From an uncultured delta proteobacterium (lineage in GTDB: Bacteria > Desulfobacterota > RBG-13-43-22), in NCBI GenBank assembly GCA_963743305.1, contig CAVUPH010000028.1, forward strand, positions 22,643 through 86,642: 64,000 bases of DNA, read 5' to 3'. The notes under the pieces are model-generated. The model was not told the origin of the DNA, searched no databases, and worked only from the letters and a program-made list of their open reading frames with translations. Positions 21,768-31,021 of this stretch are shown here, in pieces (within the stretch, counting starts at the first letter, position 1; each line of letters begins with the position of its first letter). A program made the position numbers and the translations under genes.

Positions 21768-23745
21768 TTAGGCCGCTTCCATCTCCCGACGGCTGGCCAT
21801 ATCCATCAGGACCCGTTCGCGGGTCTTGTCTATGCCCAAAGCCTTCCGCTTCTTATCGATATGGGCGATCATTAAACGGGCCATTTCGTACGGATCGGCC
21901 GTAAAGCCCCATTTGCCGAATCCCATTTCCTCCAGTCCTTCAAAAAGGAGTTTATGAAATTTGGTCTCTTCGATAATGGGGAAGGTCACCCCAAAAATCG
22001 TGTAGACCCCGGAAGCCACGAAGTACTGACCGATGGTGATGGCCTTTTCGCTCATCCATTCCGGGGCCGCTCCGGCCACCGGCAGGTCGGCCAGGCTCGT
22101 TCCCAATCCCCCTTCTCGGACCATCTCCGAACAGGCCTTGAGGATGCGGCTGTTGTCCACGCAGGACCCCAGACCCAGAACCGGGGGCATGCCCACGGTT
22201 TCACAGACTTCCCGCAACCCGGGACCGGCCATATGGGCCGCTTCGGGTCGGTACAGGCCGGCCTTGGCCAGGGCAATCTGCGAACAACCGGTTTGGACCA
22301 CCAGGACGTCGTTTTTGATTAGTTCTTTCACCAGTTCCACATGGACCCAATCCTGCTTGACCCGGGGATTGGTGCAGCCCACTACCCCGGCCACACCCCG
22401 GATCCGCCCGTTGATGATGTTATCATTGAGCGGTCGATAGGACGACCGGAAGCTGCCGCCCAGCATATAATTGATGTATTCATGGGAAAAGCCGTGGACG
22501 CCCAGGTTCTTGATCTGAGGAATTTCGATGGGCCCTTGCCGATGTCTTAAAGCGTTCAATGGCCATACGCACAATGGCATCGGTACAGCGGCGGGGCTCG
22601 TGTTCCTCGAACGCAATGTGATCGGCCCCTTCAATGTGGCAGCGGGGGTTGGTGGTAAACAGACGAGTTCCATAGCAAGCGGCCACCTTGGCCAGCCCCT
22701 GTTTGATGCACTGTACATCCACCCCCAGGGCATCCACCGCCCCGGTGACCAGAATGGCCTCGGTGGACATAAAGTTGCCGGCATGGGGGATACCGTGGCG
22801 GCAGAGCATCTCGGCCCCGGAACAGCACATGCCCACCAGGTTAAGATCCTTGGCCCCGGCGGCTTTGGCCTCCTGGATCAGGACCGGATCACTGACCGAG
22901 GCGATGATGGATTCAAAGAGGTTGGGTTCATGGCCGTGAATGATGATGTTGACCTGATCTTCCTTTAAGACGCCCATATTCACCTCGGCCACCACCGGGG
23001 TGGGAATGCCGAAGAGGATATCCGAAATTTCAGTGCCCACCATGGATCCGCCCCAGCCGTCGGCCAAGGCCGTTCGGCTGCACTGCTTGGTGATATTCTC
23101 GTAATGCTGGTCCACCCCCATGTGGGTACGGTGGAGTAATTCCATGATCTCCCGCATGGCGCCCCGGGGGACGATACCGTGCTTGCGCCAGGTCTCCAGG
23201 GTCTTGGCCGGTACCCGTTTGGCAAAGGGAATCTCGCCCTCCACCTGGCTAAAGGTGCGTGCCAGTTCGTGGTACAGGTCGGTGGCGATCTCCATCATCT
23301 CCCGTCCTTCCACCGGGATACCCAGTTCACGGGCCACTTCTTCCAGCTTCAGGGGATCCTTGATGGTGTAATCGGGAATGGTCCCTTCAATGACCCCGCG
23401 AAAAACCTCAAGCATGACCATCCCGTGGTCGGTATGGGCGGCGGCCCCGGCGGCCACCATGCGGGCGAAATTCCGGGACATGATGGTATCGATCGTGGCC
23501 CCGCAAACACCCACTTTTCCGTAGGGGTCTTTGGATGACAGCCTGCATGGCCCCATGGCGCAATGCTTGCAACAGGCCGAATCGGCCCCGATGGGGCAGG
23601 CTTTCATGGAATCGGCCCGGTGAAAAGCGGTTTCCACGCCGTCCCTCTCAGCCTTCCGCAGCATCTGGGCCGTGGCCTCACAACTGGTCACTGCCTGGAT
23701 ATTGAGGGGCTTTAATCCGGTGGGGGATTTTACTTCTTTTTCCAT
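21768..23745 (-). CDS. cooS: Anaerobic Ni-carbon monoxide dehydrogenase catalytic subunit, frameshifted near 22546
   Basis: CPIG...CCKHCAMGPC, HTDHG, HGHEP, GMCCSG, DVQC, VVGCTNP, TGCS, GSCVDNSR, PEWMSEKA; one-base removal gives ERFKHRQGPIEIP. Confidence 0.93.
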
Positions 23746-23852
23746 TTTTTCTTCCTCCTTCGTAGTTAAAACAACCGTTTACTTCGCCCTCACACCAGCC
23801 AAGCAACAACCTTGGAGATACTGAGGCCATAAATTCAACCTCTCAACTATTT

Positions 23853-23898
23853 TAATAATAGTTATTAATAATGTTAAACCATAAAAAGGAAAAGTCAA
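23853..23898 (-). promoter_or_regulatory. Putative cooS promoter with palindrome
   Basis: TTGACT-16 nt-TAACAT; TAATAA-TAG-TTATTA inverted repeat at 23853-23867. Confidence 0.45.
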
Positions 23899-24081
23899 GA
23901 GAGCGGATTACTCACTCATTGGGGGAGGGAGTCAGGGACTTGTTTTGGGCACGAGGGGGGAGGGGGGCTAACTAAAAAAAACTTGCGTCTTTGGTTTTAC
24001 CTCCGAAATTCGTATTTCGAATTTTTATTTAAGCAACTTTCCAAGGGATTCTTCCGCTCACCCGGAGCCGGTCTTCGTGGC

Positions 24082-24438
24082 TCAGGTAAAAGGAGAGGAC
24101 GGCGGAGGGCCGTCCAGGCTGGTCAAGGTGGTTAATCCGGGAGAGGGTTTTATCGCTTCCACCGGTTTGGGGGCCAGGGAATCCATGGCCCGCTGCTGAA
24201 GCAATTGGGTCTTCGTGGCCCCGACCGTCATGGCCAGGGCCAGGGTTTCCTGGATCTCCTCTTCGGTTGCGCCCAAATCCCTTGCGACCGCAAGGCAGTA
24301 AGCCGTTCAGGGCTCGCAGCCGGCCCCCAGCGAGGCCCCCAGGGCGATCAGGTGCTTCATCTTGCGGTTGATGGCCCCGTCGGCATAGGCGGTCTCAAAA
24401 AATTCCCGGTATTGGTTCAATCCGTCTTCGACCCCCAT
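24082..24438 (-). CDS. AhpD/carboxymuconolactone-decarboxylase-like selenoprotein (CxxU)
   Basis: MGVEDGLNQY...KMKHLIALGASLGAGCEP-U(TGA 24309-24307)-TAYCLAVARDLGATEEEIQETL, in frame across two ORF-track entries; SD AGGAGG; hairpin 24280-24295. Confidence 0.85.
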
Positions 24439-25200
24439 GCCTTTTCCTCCTTCACTTTTGGTTGCCCTAAACAATGTCCCTTTGGTAACCGGCGAACTGT
24501 TAAACCCGGTTTCTCCGGCCGACTCAGCCCCGTTGAACCCCGCTTCCTTCATCAAAGCCAGGAAATCCTTTCCCGGTATGGCCCCGCCCTCTCAGCGGAA
24601 CCAGCTTTCGATTCGTTCCGGAGGACTCTTGGTCAGCGCCCCGCTCAAAATCTGGTCGGCGATCAGTAGCCGGCCGTTCGGTTTCAAGACCCGGCAGGCC
24701 TCTTTCAACATGCGGCCCTTGGCAGGGATCAAATTGAACACCCCGTTGGAAATGACCACGTCGAAGCTCCCGTCGGGGAAGGGCAGGTCTTCTCCGGAAA
24801 ATTCCTGGAAAGCCACGTTGGTCAAGTCCGTCTGTTTCAGGTTTTCATAAGCCCGGACGACCATCTCCGGCGACAAATCCAGACCCACCACCTTGCCTCC
24901 GGCCCCCACCATGCGGGCGGCCACCAGGCTGTCCAACCCACCGCCGCTGCCGATGTCCAGGACCGTTTCCCCCCGGTCCACCGAACCCAGAGAGAAAGGA
25001 TTGCCCACACCGCAGAAAGAATCCAAGACACTTTCCGGCAGTGATTTCAGGATTTCCGGGTCATACCCCAAGGCCTCCAGACCGGCCCTTCCGGTTGGGT
25101 ATTTGAACAACCCCTGGGGGCTGCCGGCCACCTTGGCGTATTTTTCCCGGATACCGGCTTCGATCTTTTGTTTATCCCCCGGGGATAATACAGTTTCCAT
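24439..25200 (-). CDS. ArsM-like SAM-dependent methyltransferase, selenoprotein (reads in frame into the AhpD-like domain as assembled)
   Basis: SFCGVGNPF, VLDIGSGGGLD, FDVVISNGVFNL, then SWFR-U(TGA 24594-24592)-EGGAIPGKDFLALMKEAGF matching the ArsM WxxCxxGA...AGF segment; hairpin 24558-24576. Confidence 0.82.
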
Positions 25201-25307
25201 CGCTCGACCTCTTGATACCTTGATATTCTAACGAAGCACCCACCTTGGTGTAGGGGTGATTTCAGTCGTACTCACCCAAGAATAAATCCGATCGCGTCTC
25301 CTAAATC

Positions 25308-25613
25308 TCAATTTTGAGAGATCTCCTTCCAAGCCTGCTGAACGGCCTCGGTCAGATCGCCCATTTCCGGGATATGGTCAAAAGCGATCTTCTCGTTGAT
25401 CACGATCGAAGGAACAGCCGGTTTGCGGCCGGACAGCCGGGTGAGTTCTTCATGCCGCAGCAGCCCTTCCCGGGCCCCCATATCCACCACTTCCCAGGTT
25501 AATACCCCGGGCTCAAATTCCGGGGCGATTTCTTCCAGGATAGCCAGGGCCAAGTCGCAGAGCAGGCAGCCCTTCTTCTTGGCGATAATCTCCACATATA
25601 CTTTTCGGTCCAT
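25308..25613 (-). CDS. Small thioredoxin-fold protein (CLLC)
   Basis: CxxC plus VPSIVINEKIAFDHIP; start at ATG 25613 after SD AAGGAG. Confidence 0.8.
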   Translation of the reverse strand: MDRKVYVEIIAKKKGCLLCDLALAILEEIAPEFEPGVLTWEVVDMGAREGLLRHEELTRLSGRKPAVPSIVINEKIAFDHIPEMGDLTEAVQQAWKEISQN

Positions 25614-25822
25614 CTCCTTACTCATCCGGTCCGGCATGACGGAGTCAACCCAGGCGCTTATTCAGCATTTACACGCGCCCAAGATACCCGGATATCTCTT
25701 GATAATTGACCCGGCCTCCTACGAATCGCTCCACTTCCGAGCCCTCCCGATGGATGGCTTTCCTTTTCCCCAGGGGCTGCCTTGAGCCTTTCTTCCTTTA
25801 ACCTTTTCCTTCGAACCCTTTA

Positions 25823-26329
25823 TTAATCCAGTAATACCATACTATACCAGGCCGGCAACAGTTTTCCCTCCTTATCAAACGCTATTTTGAAACCCAACGG
25901 CTCGATAGTTTTGCCGATATCCATCCCGTAGGCGTCCATGGACGGCCGGGCCAGGTGCGGAAAATTGCAGGGACTGGGGAAGGCACATTCTTCGCACTGG
26001 ACGCAAAGGACCAGTGCCAGGGCATAACTACAGTTGTAGGAAAGCATGGCCTCTTTTTCCACGGCCAGGGCAACGTTCTGTCCTCCTTTTGGCTCTGTAG
26101 TCTGGATGACCAGGCCCCAACGATAGCGTTCGAAAGCCTCCTTGAACAGATCCTGAGGGATGCTCATATTGGGTGGACAGGTCCAGAACTTCCCCCAGCG
26201 ACTGCAGCCGAACCGACATTTGAGAAAAGAGCGGGGATCGAAAACCACTTGACTGGTTTCCAAAAGCTTCGCTTTGGCTGCTCCCAGTTCAATGGCCTTC
26301 GTTTCTAAGGGTTCAAAATAGGTTCTCAT
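25823..26329 (-). CDS. DUF2284-type predicted metal-binding protein
   Basis: KCRFGCSRWGKFWTCPP...CVQCEEC...CNFPHLARPSMDAYGMD. Confidence 0.82.
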   Translation of the reverse strand: MRTYFEPLETKAIELGAAKAKLLETSQVVFDPRSFLKCRFGCSRWGKFWTCPPNMSIPQDLFKEAFERYRWGLVIQTTEPKGGQNVALAVEKEAMLSYNCSYALALVLCVQCEECAFPSPCNFPHLARPSMDAYGMDIGKTIEPLGFKIAFDKEGKLLPAWYSMVLLD

Positions 26330-26431
26330 GATTTCCTCCGTATTTTCGTACTAACCCCTCAGGCCGTCGGCCTTTGGTCGAGCGCCGACAAGCAGTATCG
26401 GCAAAGATTTCACAATGGACCAGGAGAGAAT

Positions 26432-27274
26432 TTAAAGTCGATCCAGGGGCTTTTCCCCGCAGGTACAGACGATCCGCGGGCGGTCCAGCAGTCGCTGAAA
26501 TACCCCTCGGAAAAGCATGGCCGCGGCCAGTCCGCCCAATAGGGGCCCCAGTATATAGACGGTAATAAAACCGCCGCGAGGTCCCGGAATCGCAACCGAC
26601 CCCCAGCCCGCCAGGTAAGCTACCAGCCGTGGGCCGAAGTCCCGGGCGGGATTCAGACCGGCCTGGGTCAGGGGCGCCAGCAGAGAGATAATCCCCATGA
26701 CGGTCAGGCCGATGAATACAGGTGCGATATCGCTGGAGGGACGGCCGACATTGCAGTCTTCGGTTAAGAAAAAGATGATGGTCACCAGGAGAAAAGTCCC
26801 GAGGGCCTCGATCAGGACGGCCATCGGCTTCGAAACGATCGTAATGGCCGCCGGGGCCGAGGGGTTGGGGAAATATTCCCCGAACAGGGAAGCGCTCCTG
26901 ACCGATTCCGCGGACCCGCGAATGATCCGGTGGAAGGTTTCATACCCGATGATGGAATCCCCGAAAATAAGCAGCAGGACCCACCCGGCAATAAAAGCCC
27001 CGAGAAACTGGGCGGCCAGATAGGCAGGCAGTTTCCTCGGCTCCATGCGTCCGGCAATAACCATAGCTACACTGACCGCGGGATTCAGGTGGGCGCAGGA
27101 AAGGTGCCGGCTGGCGTAAATGGCCAAGGTGACCCCGATGCCCCAAATCCCGGCCACCTGGAATAAGCCGTTGTGAGCGGAGAAAAGGGTGTCCGAGGCC
27201 ACCACCCCGCAGCCGAAAAACACCAGGATAAAGGTGCCCAGCAGTTCGCCGACGAAATTGGTGGTTAAACCCAA
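26432..27274 (-). CDS. MIP family aquaglyceroporin
   Basis: AHLNPAVS and GLNPARDFGPR NPA boxes (D after second NPA = GlpF type); C-terminal CTC. Confidence 0.93.
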   Translation of the reverse strand: MGLTTNFVGELLGTFILVFFGCGVVASDTLFSAHNGLFQVAGIWGIGVTLAIYASRHLSCAHLNPAVSVAMVIAGRMEPRKLPAYLAAQFLGAFIAGWVLLLIFGDSIIGYETFHRIIRGSAESVRSASLFGEYFPNPSAPAAITIVSKPMAVLIEALGTFLLVTIIFFLTEDCNVGRPSSDIAPVFIGLTVMGIISLLAPLTQAGLNPARDFGPRLVAYLAGWGSVAIPGPRGGFITVYILGPLLGGLAAAMLFRGVFQRLLDRPRIVCTCGEKPLDRL

Positions 27275-27343
27275 GATTCCCCCGTGTTTGAAAACAGGTG
27301 CCCTGATAAACTAAATCCGAATTTCGTCCTTCGGGTTTCGATT

Positions 27344-28369
27344 TTAACCGGCCATGGGGTCCCGCTGCGACTCCTCGGTAAAGTCGGGATTGTTCGCGGC
27401 GACGGCGGCCAGTTGGGGCATCACCTCCGGAGGGCCGATAAATACCACCCGGTTGAGCAGGTTGATCCTTTCCGGAGGCAAAGCGGTTTCCTCCAAAGTC
27501 CACCGCCCCATGACCCAACTGAATAAATAGATCCTGATTCCATCTTCACTGATAAACCCCTTGGATCGGACCAGGGTCTTGGGAAAACGGCCGACCAGAG
27601 TCTTGAAGCCTTCCAAATCTCCCCCCTTCCAGGCATAAATGGCTGAGAGCAGACGGTCGGGCGGGGTGATTTCCCGGTTGGGATCGGCCAGCATCCGCTC
27701 AATGGCTGCTTCCAGTTCCCGGGAGGTCAGGTAACGCGCCCGGGTCCCTTCTCCTATCTGGGCCGCCGGATCCAAGCCTTTAAAGAAAAATTCCTGAAAA
27801 GGGAACTCGGCGAAAGTGGTTTCGAAAAATACCGGCGCCGGATGATGACGGGCGACCAAATCCTTCACCTGTTGGACCTGCGCGACGGTGGCCAGATCCA
27901 CTTTGTTGATTATAAAAACCGTCGAAGAAGCAATCTGTTTCTCCACCGATGAAAATACCTCGTATTCCTCTTCAAAATGGGCGGCGTCGATTACACAGAA
28001 CTGCTCGGCCAGGTTGAAACGGTTATTGAAAAAGGGAAGGGTTAAATCCCGTTTCAGGTCCGTGGGGTTGGCCACCCCGGTGGATTCGATCAGCAGTACG
28101 TCCGGCTGAGTATCTTTGGCGATCTTTTGAAGCCCTTTGATGAAATCCGTCTTCACACAAACACAGAAAATGGATCCTTTGCTGATTTCCAGGAGGTCAA
28201 TGTCTTCATCCTGAACCAGTGTACCGTCCACATCCAGTTCGCCGAATTCATTCATCAGGATCATCAGTTTTTTATCCCGGGGAAAATCCTTAATGATCCG
28301 GTTCAGAAAGGTGGTTTTCCCGCTGCCTAAAAACCCGGTGATCAAGAATACGTTAGTTCGGTCGCCCAT
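27344..28369 (-). CDS. CobW/COG0523 metallochaperone GTPase
   Basis: TGFLGSGKTT, NEFGE, GSIFCVC, IESTGVANP, NKVD. Confidence 0.92.
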   Translation of the reverse strand: MGDRTNVFLITGFLGSGKTTFLNRIIKDFPRDKKLMILMNEFGELDVDGTLVQDEDIDLLEISKGSIFCVCVKTDFIKGLQKIAKDTQPDVLLIESTGVANPTDLKRDLTLPFFNNRFNLAEQFCVIDAAHFEEEYEVFSSVEKQIASSTVFIINKVDLATVAQVQQVKDLVARHHPAPVFFETTFAEFPFQEFFFKGLDPAAQIGEGTRARYLTSRELEAAIERMLADPNREITPPDRLLSAIYAWKGGDLEGFKTLVGRFPKTLVRSKGFISEDGIRIYLFSWVMGRWTLEETALPPERINLLNRVVFIGPPEVMPQLAAVAANNPDFTEESQRDPMAG

Positions 28370-28408
28370 AGAAACACCCCTAAAAATTTAGTTCATCCCC
28401 GCAATAAA

Positions 28409-28663
28409 TTATTGAATAAACCCTTTGGCTCGCAATTTATCCAGAATCTGATCCGGGTTGAGCAGCATGCCGGTGGAAAGAACCTGGCCGTCGCAGACCA
28501 GGCCGGGAGTGGCAAAGACCCCCATTTTCATAAAGTAGTCAATATCCTTCATTTTAACCACTTCGGCCTGGTCCCGTATTCCGGCTTTGTCCAGGGCCTT
28601 GAGGACGTTTTCATAGAGTGTTTCGCAATTTTTACACCCGGGTCCGAGAACTTCAATACGCAT
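28409..28663 (-). CDS. MTH895/ArsE-type small redox-active disulfide protein (CKNC)
   Basis: IEVLGPGCKNC...GVFATPGLVCDG. Confidence 0.88.
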   Translation of the reverse strand: MRIEVLGPGCKNCETLYENVLKALDKAGIRDQAEVVKMKDIDYFMKMGVFATPGLVCDGQVLSTGMLLNPDQILDKLRAKGFIQ

Positions 28664-28679
28664 AATGGGTTCCTTTCAG

Positions 28680-29009
28680 CTAGGGGTCTAGTAAGTTGCC
28701 AGTCAGGGGGATATTGTCATCCTCTTCCATCTGCTCTAAAGGGGTTACCGATCTCTGCTCCTTATCCATAACCAAAAGAACCTCACAGAACTTGCAGACC
28801 ACCAGGTCCCCTTCCCGCCCAAATTGCTCCCAGAGTTTTCGGTAATCCTCCGGACAAGGTTCCAGATCCTCGGGTTTCTCCAGAGAGTTAATCCGATCCG
28901 ATTTGCCGCAGTAGGGACAGCGGATCCCGAAGAGGGCCAAGTCCCGCTTTGGAAGCCCCAGATTCCTGATCAGGTTGCGAAAGTGTTCTATCTGTTCCCA
29001 ATTCGTCAT
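28680..29009 (-). CDS. Small Zn-ribbon-like hypothetical protein
   Basis: CPYCGK...CKFC; start at ATG 29009 after GGAG. Confidence 0.7.
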   Translation of the reverse strand: MTNWEQIEHFRNLIRNLGLPKRDLALFGIRCPYCGKSDRINSLEKPEDLEPCPEDYRKLWEQFGREGDLVVCKFCEVLLVMDKEQRSVTPLEQMEEDDNIPLTGNLLDP

Positions 29010-29035
29010 GGCTCCATCCTCGCTTCGAAATTCCT

Positions 29036-30016
29036 CTAACAGCATTTGTAGAGCCGCAGCAGCCGTTCATTCATCACAAAATAGAATTTCATGAAGGAGG
29101 ATCCGTCCATCCGGGTTCTAACCCCGTGCAGGGTATTGGCCAGGGCAATGGTGCTGCGAAGATGGGTAACCATGATCAAATGCTTTTTGGACGCCAATTC
29201 CTTCAGCAGGGCCTGCATGGATTTATGGTTCAGATAATCCAGGGCGGGTTCCACCTCATCCAGCAGGTAAAAAGGGCTTTGCAGGCGCTCGAACAGGGCC
29301 AATTTCAAGGCCAAACTGGTAATGGCCTTTTCACCCCCGGAAAGTTGATGGCCCCTTCGGACCAGCCTACCCTTGACGGCTACCTCTACCTCCAGGCCCT
29401 TTCCCTTTTTCCCGTTGACGATCAGCAGGTGGCCCTCCCCCTCCGGGAATAAATAGTGGAGGTACCTTTGAAACAAAGGATCGGTTTCACTCATTAGTTC
29501 TTGGGAAAGCGAGTCCGTCGACTTCTTTCCATTAAGGCTCTGGATCCAGCGAAGGCGGTCCGCCGGCAGCAGGGCCAGGAGATCGTTGATCTGCTCCTGT
29601 CGGATGATGGTCTTGATAGTGTCGGCCAATCCCAGTGCCTTGAGTTTCTTCCGGTAGGTTGCCGGGCTGACCGTCTCATCCTGGACCTGCCAGGTTTCTT
29701 GACCATCTCGGGTCACCGTTCGGGCCAGTCGGATTTCCGAAGAATTTTTCTCCGGACTTTCTTTAAAAACCAGTTCCGCCCGAACCCGGGAGGCCGGAGG
29801 GTAGGCCTTATTGCCGGCGAAAAAAAGCTCCTCGCGCTCCAGTAAACGGAGCTTGACCAAGTCATTTTCTCCCAAGGTCCAGACAATTGCATCCAGGATA
29901 TTGGACTTGCCTACCCCGTTGTTCCCGATGATCACCCCGATGCCTGGTTGGAAGCTCATCGCCGTGGGTTCGGAAAAGGACTTGAAGCCTTCAATGGTTA
30001 CGTCTTCCAGATGCAT
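29036..30016 (-). CDS. Mini-SMC: SMC-type ABC ATPase head almost without coiled coil or hinge
   Basis: IEGFKSF, GNNGVGKSNILDAI, IIRQEQI, LSGGEKA, YLLDEVEPALD, MVTH in only 326 aa; ends KCC. Confidence 0.85.
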   Translation of the reverse strand: MHLEDVTIEGFKSFSEPTAMSFQPGIGVIIGNNGVGKSNILDAIVWTLGENDLVKLRLLEREELFFAGNKAYPPASRVRAELVFKESPEKNSSEIRLARTVTRDGQETWQVQDETVSPATYRKKLKALGLADTIKTIIRQEQINDLLALLPADRLRWIQSLNGKKSTDSLSQELMSETDPLFQRYLHYLFPEGEGHLLIVNGKKGKGLEVEVAVKGRLVRRGHQLSGGEKAITSLALKLALFERLQSPFYLLDEVEPALDYLNHKSMQALLKELASKKHLIMVTHLRSTIALANTLHGVRTRMDGSSFMKFYFVMNERLLRLYKCC

Positions 30017-30037
30017 TTTTATGGTTCCCTTTCTTTC

Positions 30038-30313
30038 TTATTCTTTCAGTCCAAATTCCCTCAGAGCCTTCCAGAGCGTTTCCCTGCTGGGGCTGATTCC
30101 CTCGATTCGTATCAGGCTTTCAATCACTATGGCCGGGACCACCTTCAAACCCAGTTCCGCCATCCGTTCCTTTCCGTCGCCCCCCTTATGCAGAACGCAG
30201 TGCACCCGTTCTCCTAACGAACCCTTCAACTCAGCGCACAACTGCTCCAACTCTTGACAGCCCGGGCAAGGCGGTTCTCCTATAAAAGCCTCCAATTGAA
30301 CCGGTGGGGACAT
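30038..30313 (-). CDS. Small thioredoxin-fold protein (PPCPGC)
   Basis: MSPPVQLEAFIGEPPCPGC...LKVVPAIVI; start at ATG 30313. Confidence 0.78.
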   Translation of the reverse strand: MSPPVQLEAFIGEPPCPGCQELEQLCAELKGSLGERVHCVLHKGGDGKERMAELGLKVVPAIVIESLIRIEGISPSRETLWKALREFGLKE

Positions 30314-30318
30314 GGTTT

Positions 30319-30738
30319 TTACCCTTCCCCGGCGGCTTCCCGCAGCCAAGTTCGAAGCAATTCGGACTCGGGCACGCTGCCATGGTGCTTCAGCTCTCCG
30401 TTGACGATCAGGACCGGAGTCATCCACATGTTCAGATGGTCGGCCTTTTCCTGACAGGGGAGCAGGGCCTGGTCCAGGTCCGGCGACCAGTCCTGTTTCA
30501 ACAGACCCGCCACCCGGCTCCAGTCCACCTCCACAGTGCCCTCTTGGGCCACGTCTTTGGCCGTCCCCAGCCCCCGCTGCCATTGACGGGCCAAAGCCTG
30601 GGCTTCCGACGACCGGCAGTCCATTTTCCGGACCTTCACTTCGATACCGGCCCCCTCCGCTTCCTGGTTAACCCGCTGGACCAGGAGGCTGCAGCGGATA
30701 CAGGGCGGTTCTGTCCCGATAACGATGACCTCAACCAT
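30319..30738 (-). CDS. Thioredoxin-fold protein (PPCIRC) with helical insertion
   Basis: GTEPPCIRC...MTPVLIVNGELKHHGSVP. Confidence 0.8.
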   Translation of the reverse strand: MVEVIVIGTEPPCIRCSLLVQRVNQEAEGAGIEVKVRKMDCRSSEAQALARQWQRGLGTAKDVAQEGTVEVDWSRVAGLLKQDWSPDLDQALLPCQEKADHLNMWMTPVLIVNGELKHHGSVPESELLRTWLREAAGEG

Positions 30739-31021
30739 TTTTCAATCCCCAGCGGCGTCGAATTTCCTCGGCTAGTTCTTCCTGCCCGGGAATTAAGGAT
30801 TCATAAACCAACTGTTCGTCCAGAGCGATGCTGGGCAGGGATTTGGCCTTTAATTCCCGAAACCGGTTCACTCCTTCCCGGGTGCGCATATCCCACTCCC
30901 GGACCTTCATGAGGTCCTGAATTTCCTGCGGTAAAACCTTTACCGCCTCGGCCATATAGACGCAGGCCAGTCACTGGCGGAAATCGGTTAAGAGGACGTC
31001 AACAAGAACTTTTTTTTCCAT
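30731..31021 (-). CDS. Thioredoxin-fold selenoprotein (ULAC)
   Basis: SD AAGGAG, ATG 31021: MEKKVLVDVLLTDFRQ-U(TGA 30973-30971)-LACVYMAEAVK, in frame with the ORF-track entry; hairpin 30928-30946. Confidence 0.88.

Noticed and set aside
25308-25310. TGA stops at 25308, 33581, 44028 and 49328 as further Sec sites
   Set aside because: The domains are already complete, no conserved Cys is expected there, and read-through gives short non-homologous sequence
25641-25712. SAM-I or ZTP riboswitch call
   Set aside because: Only fragments match (UUAUCAAGAG; CGCCUGGG) and the remaining consensus is absent; kept as an unnamed candidate
29036-30016. Defence system (Wadjet, Lamassu) or condensin
   Set aside because: No coiled coil, kleisin, KITE or effector nuclease genes nearby
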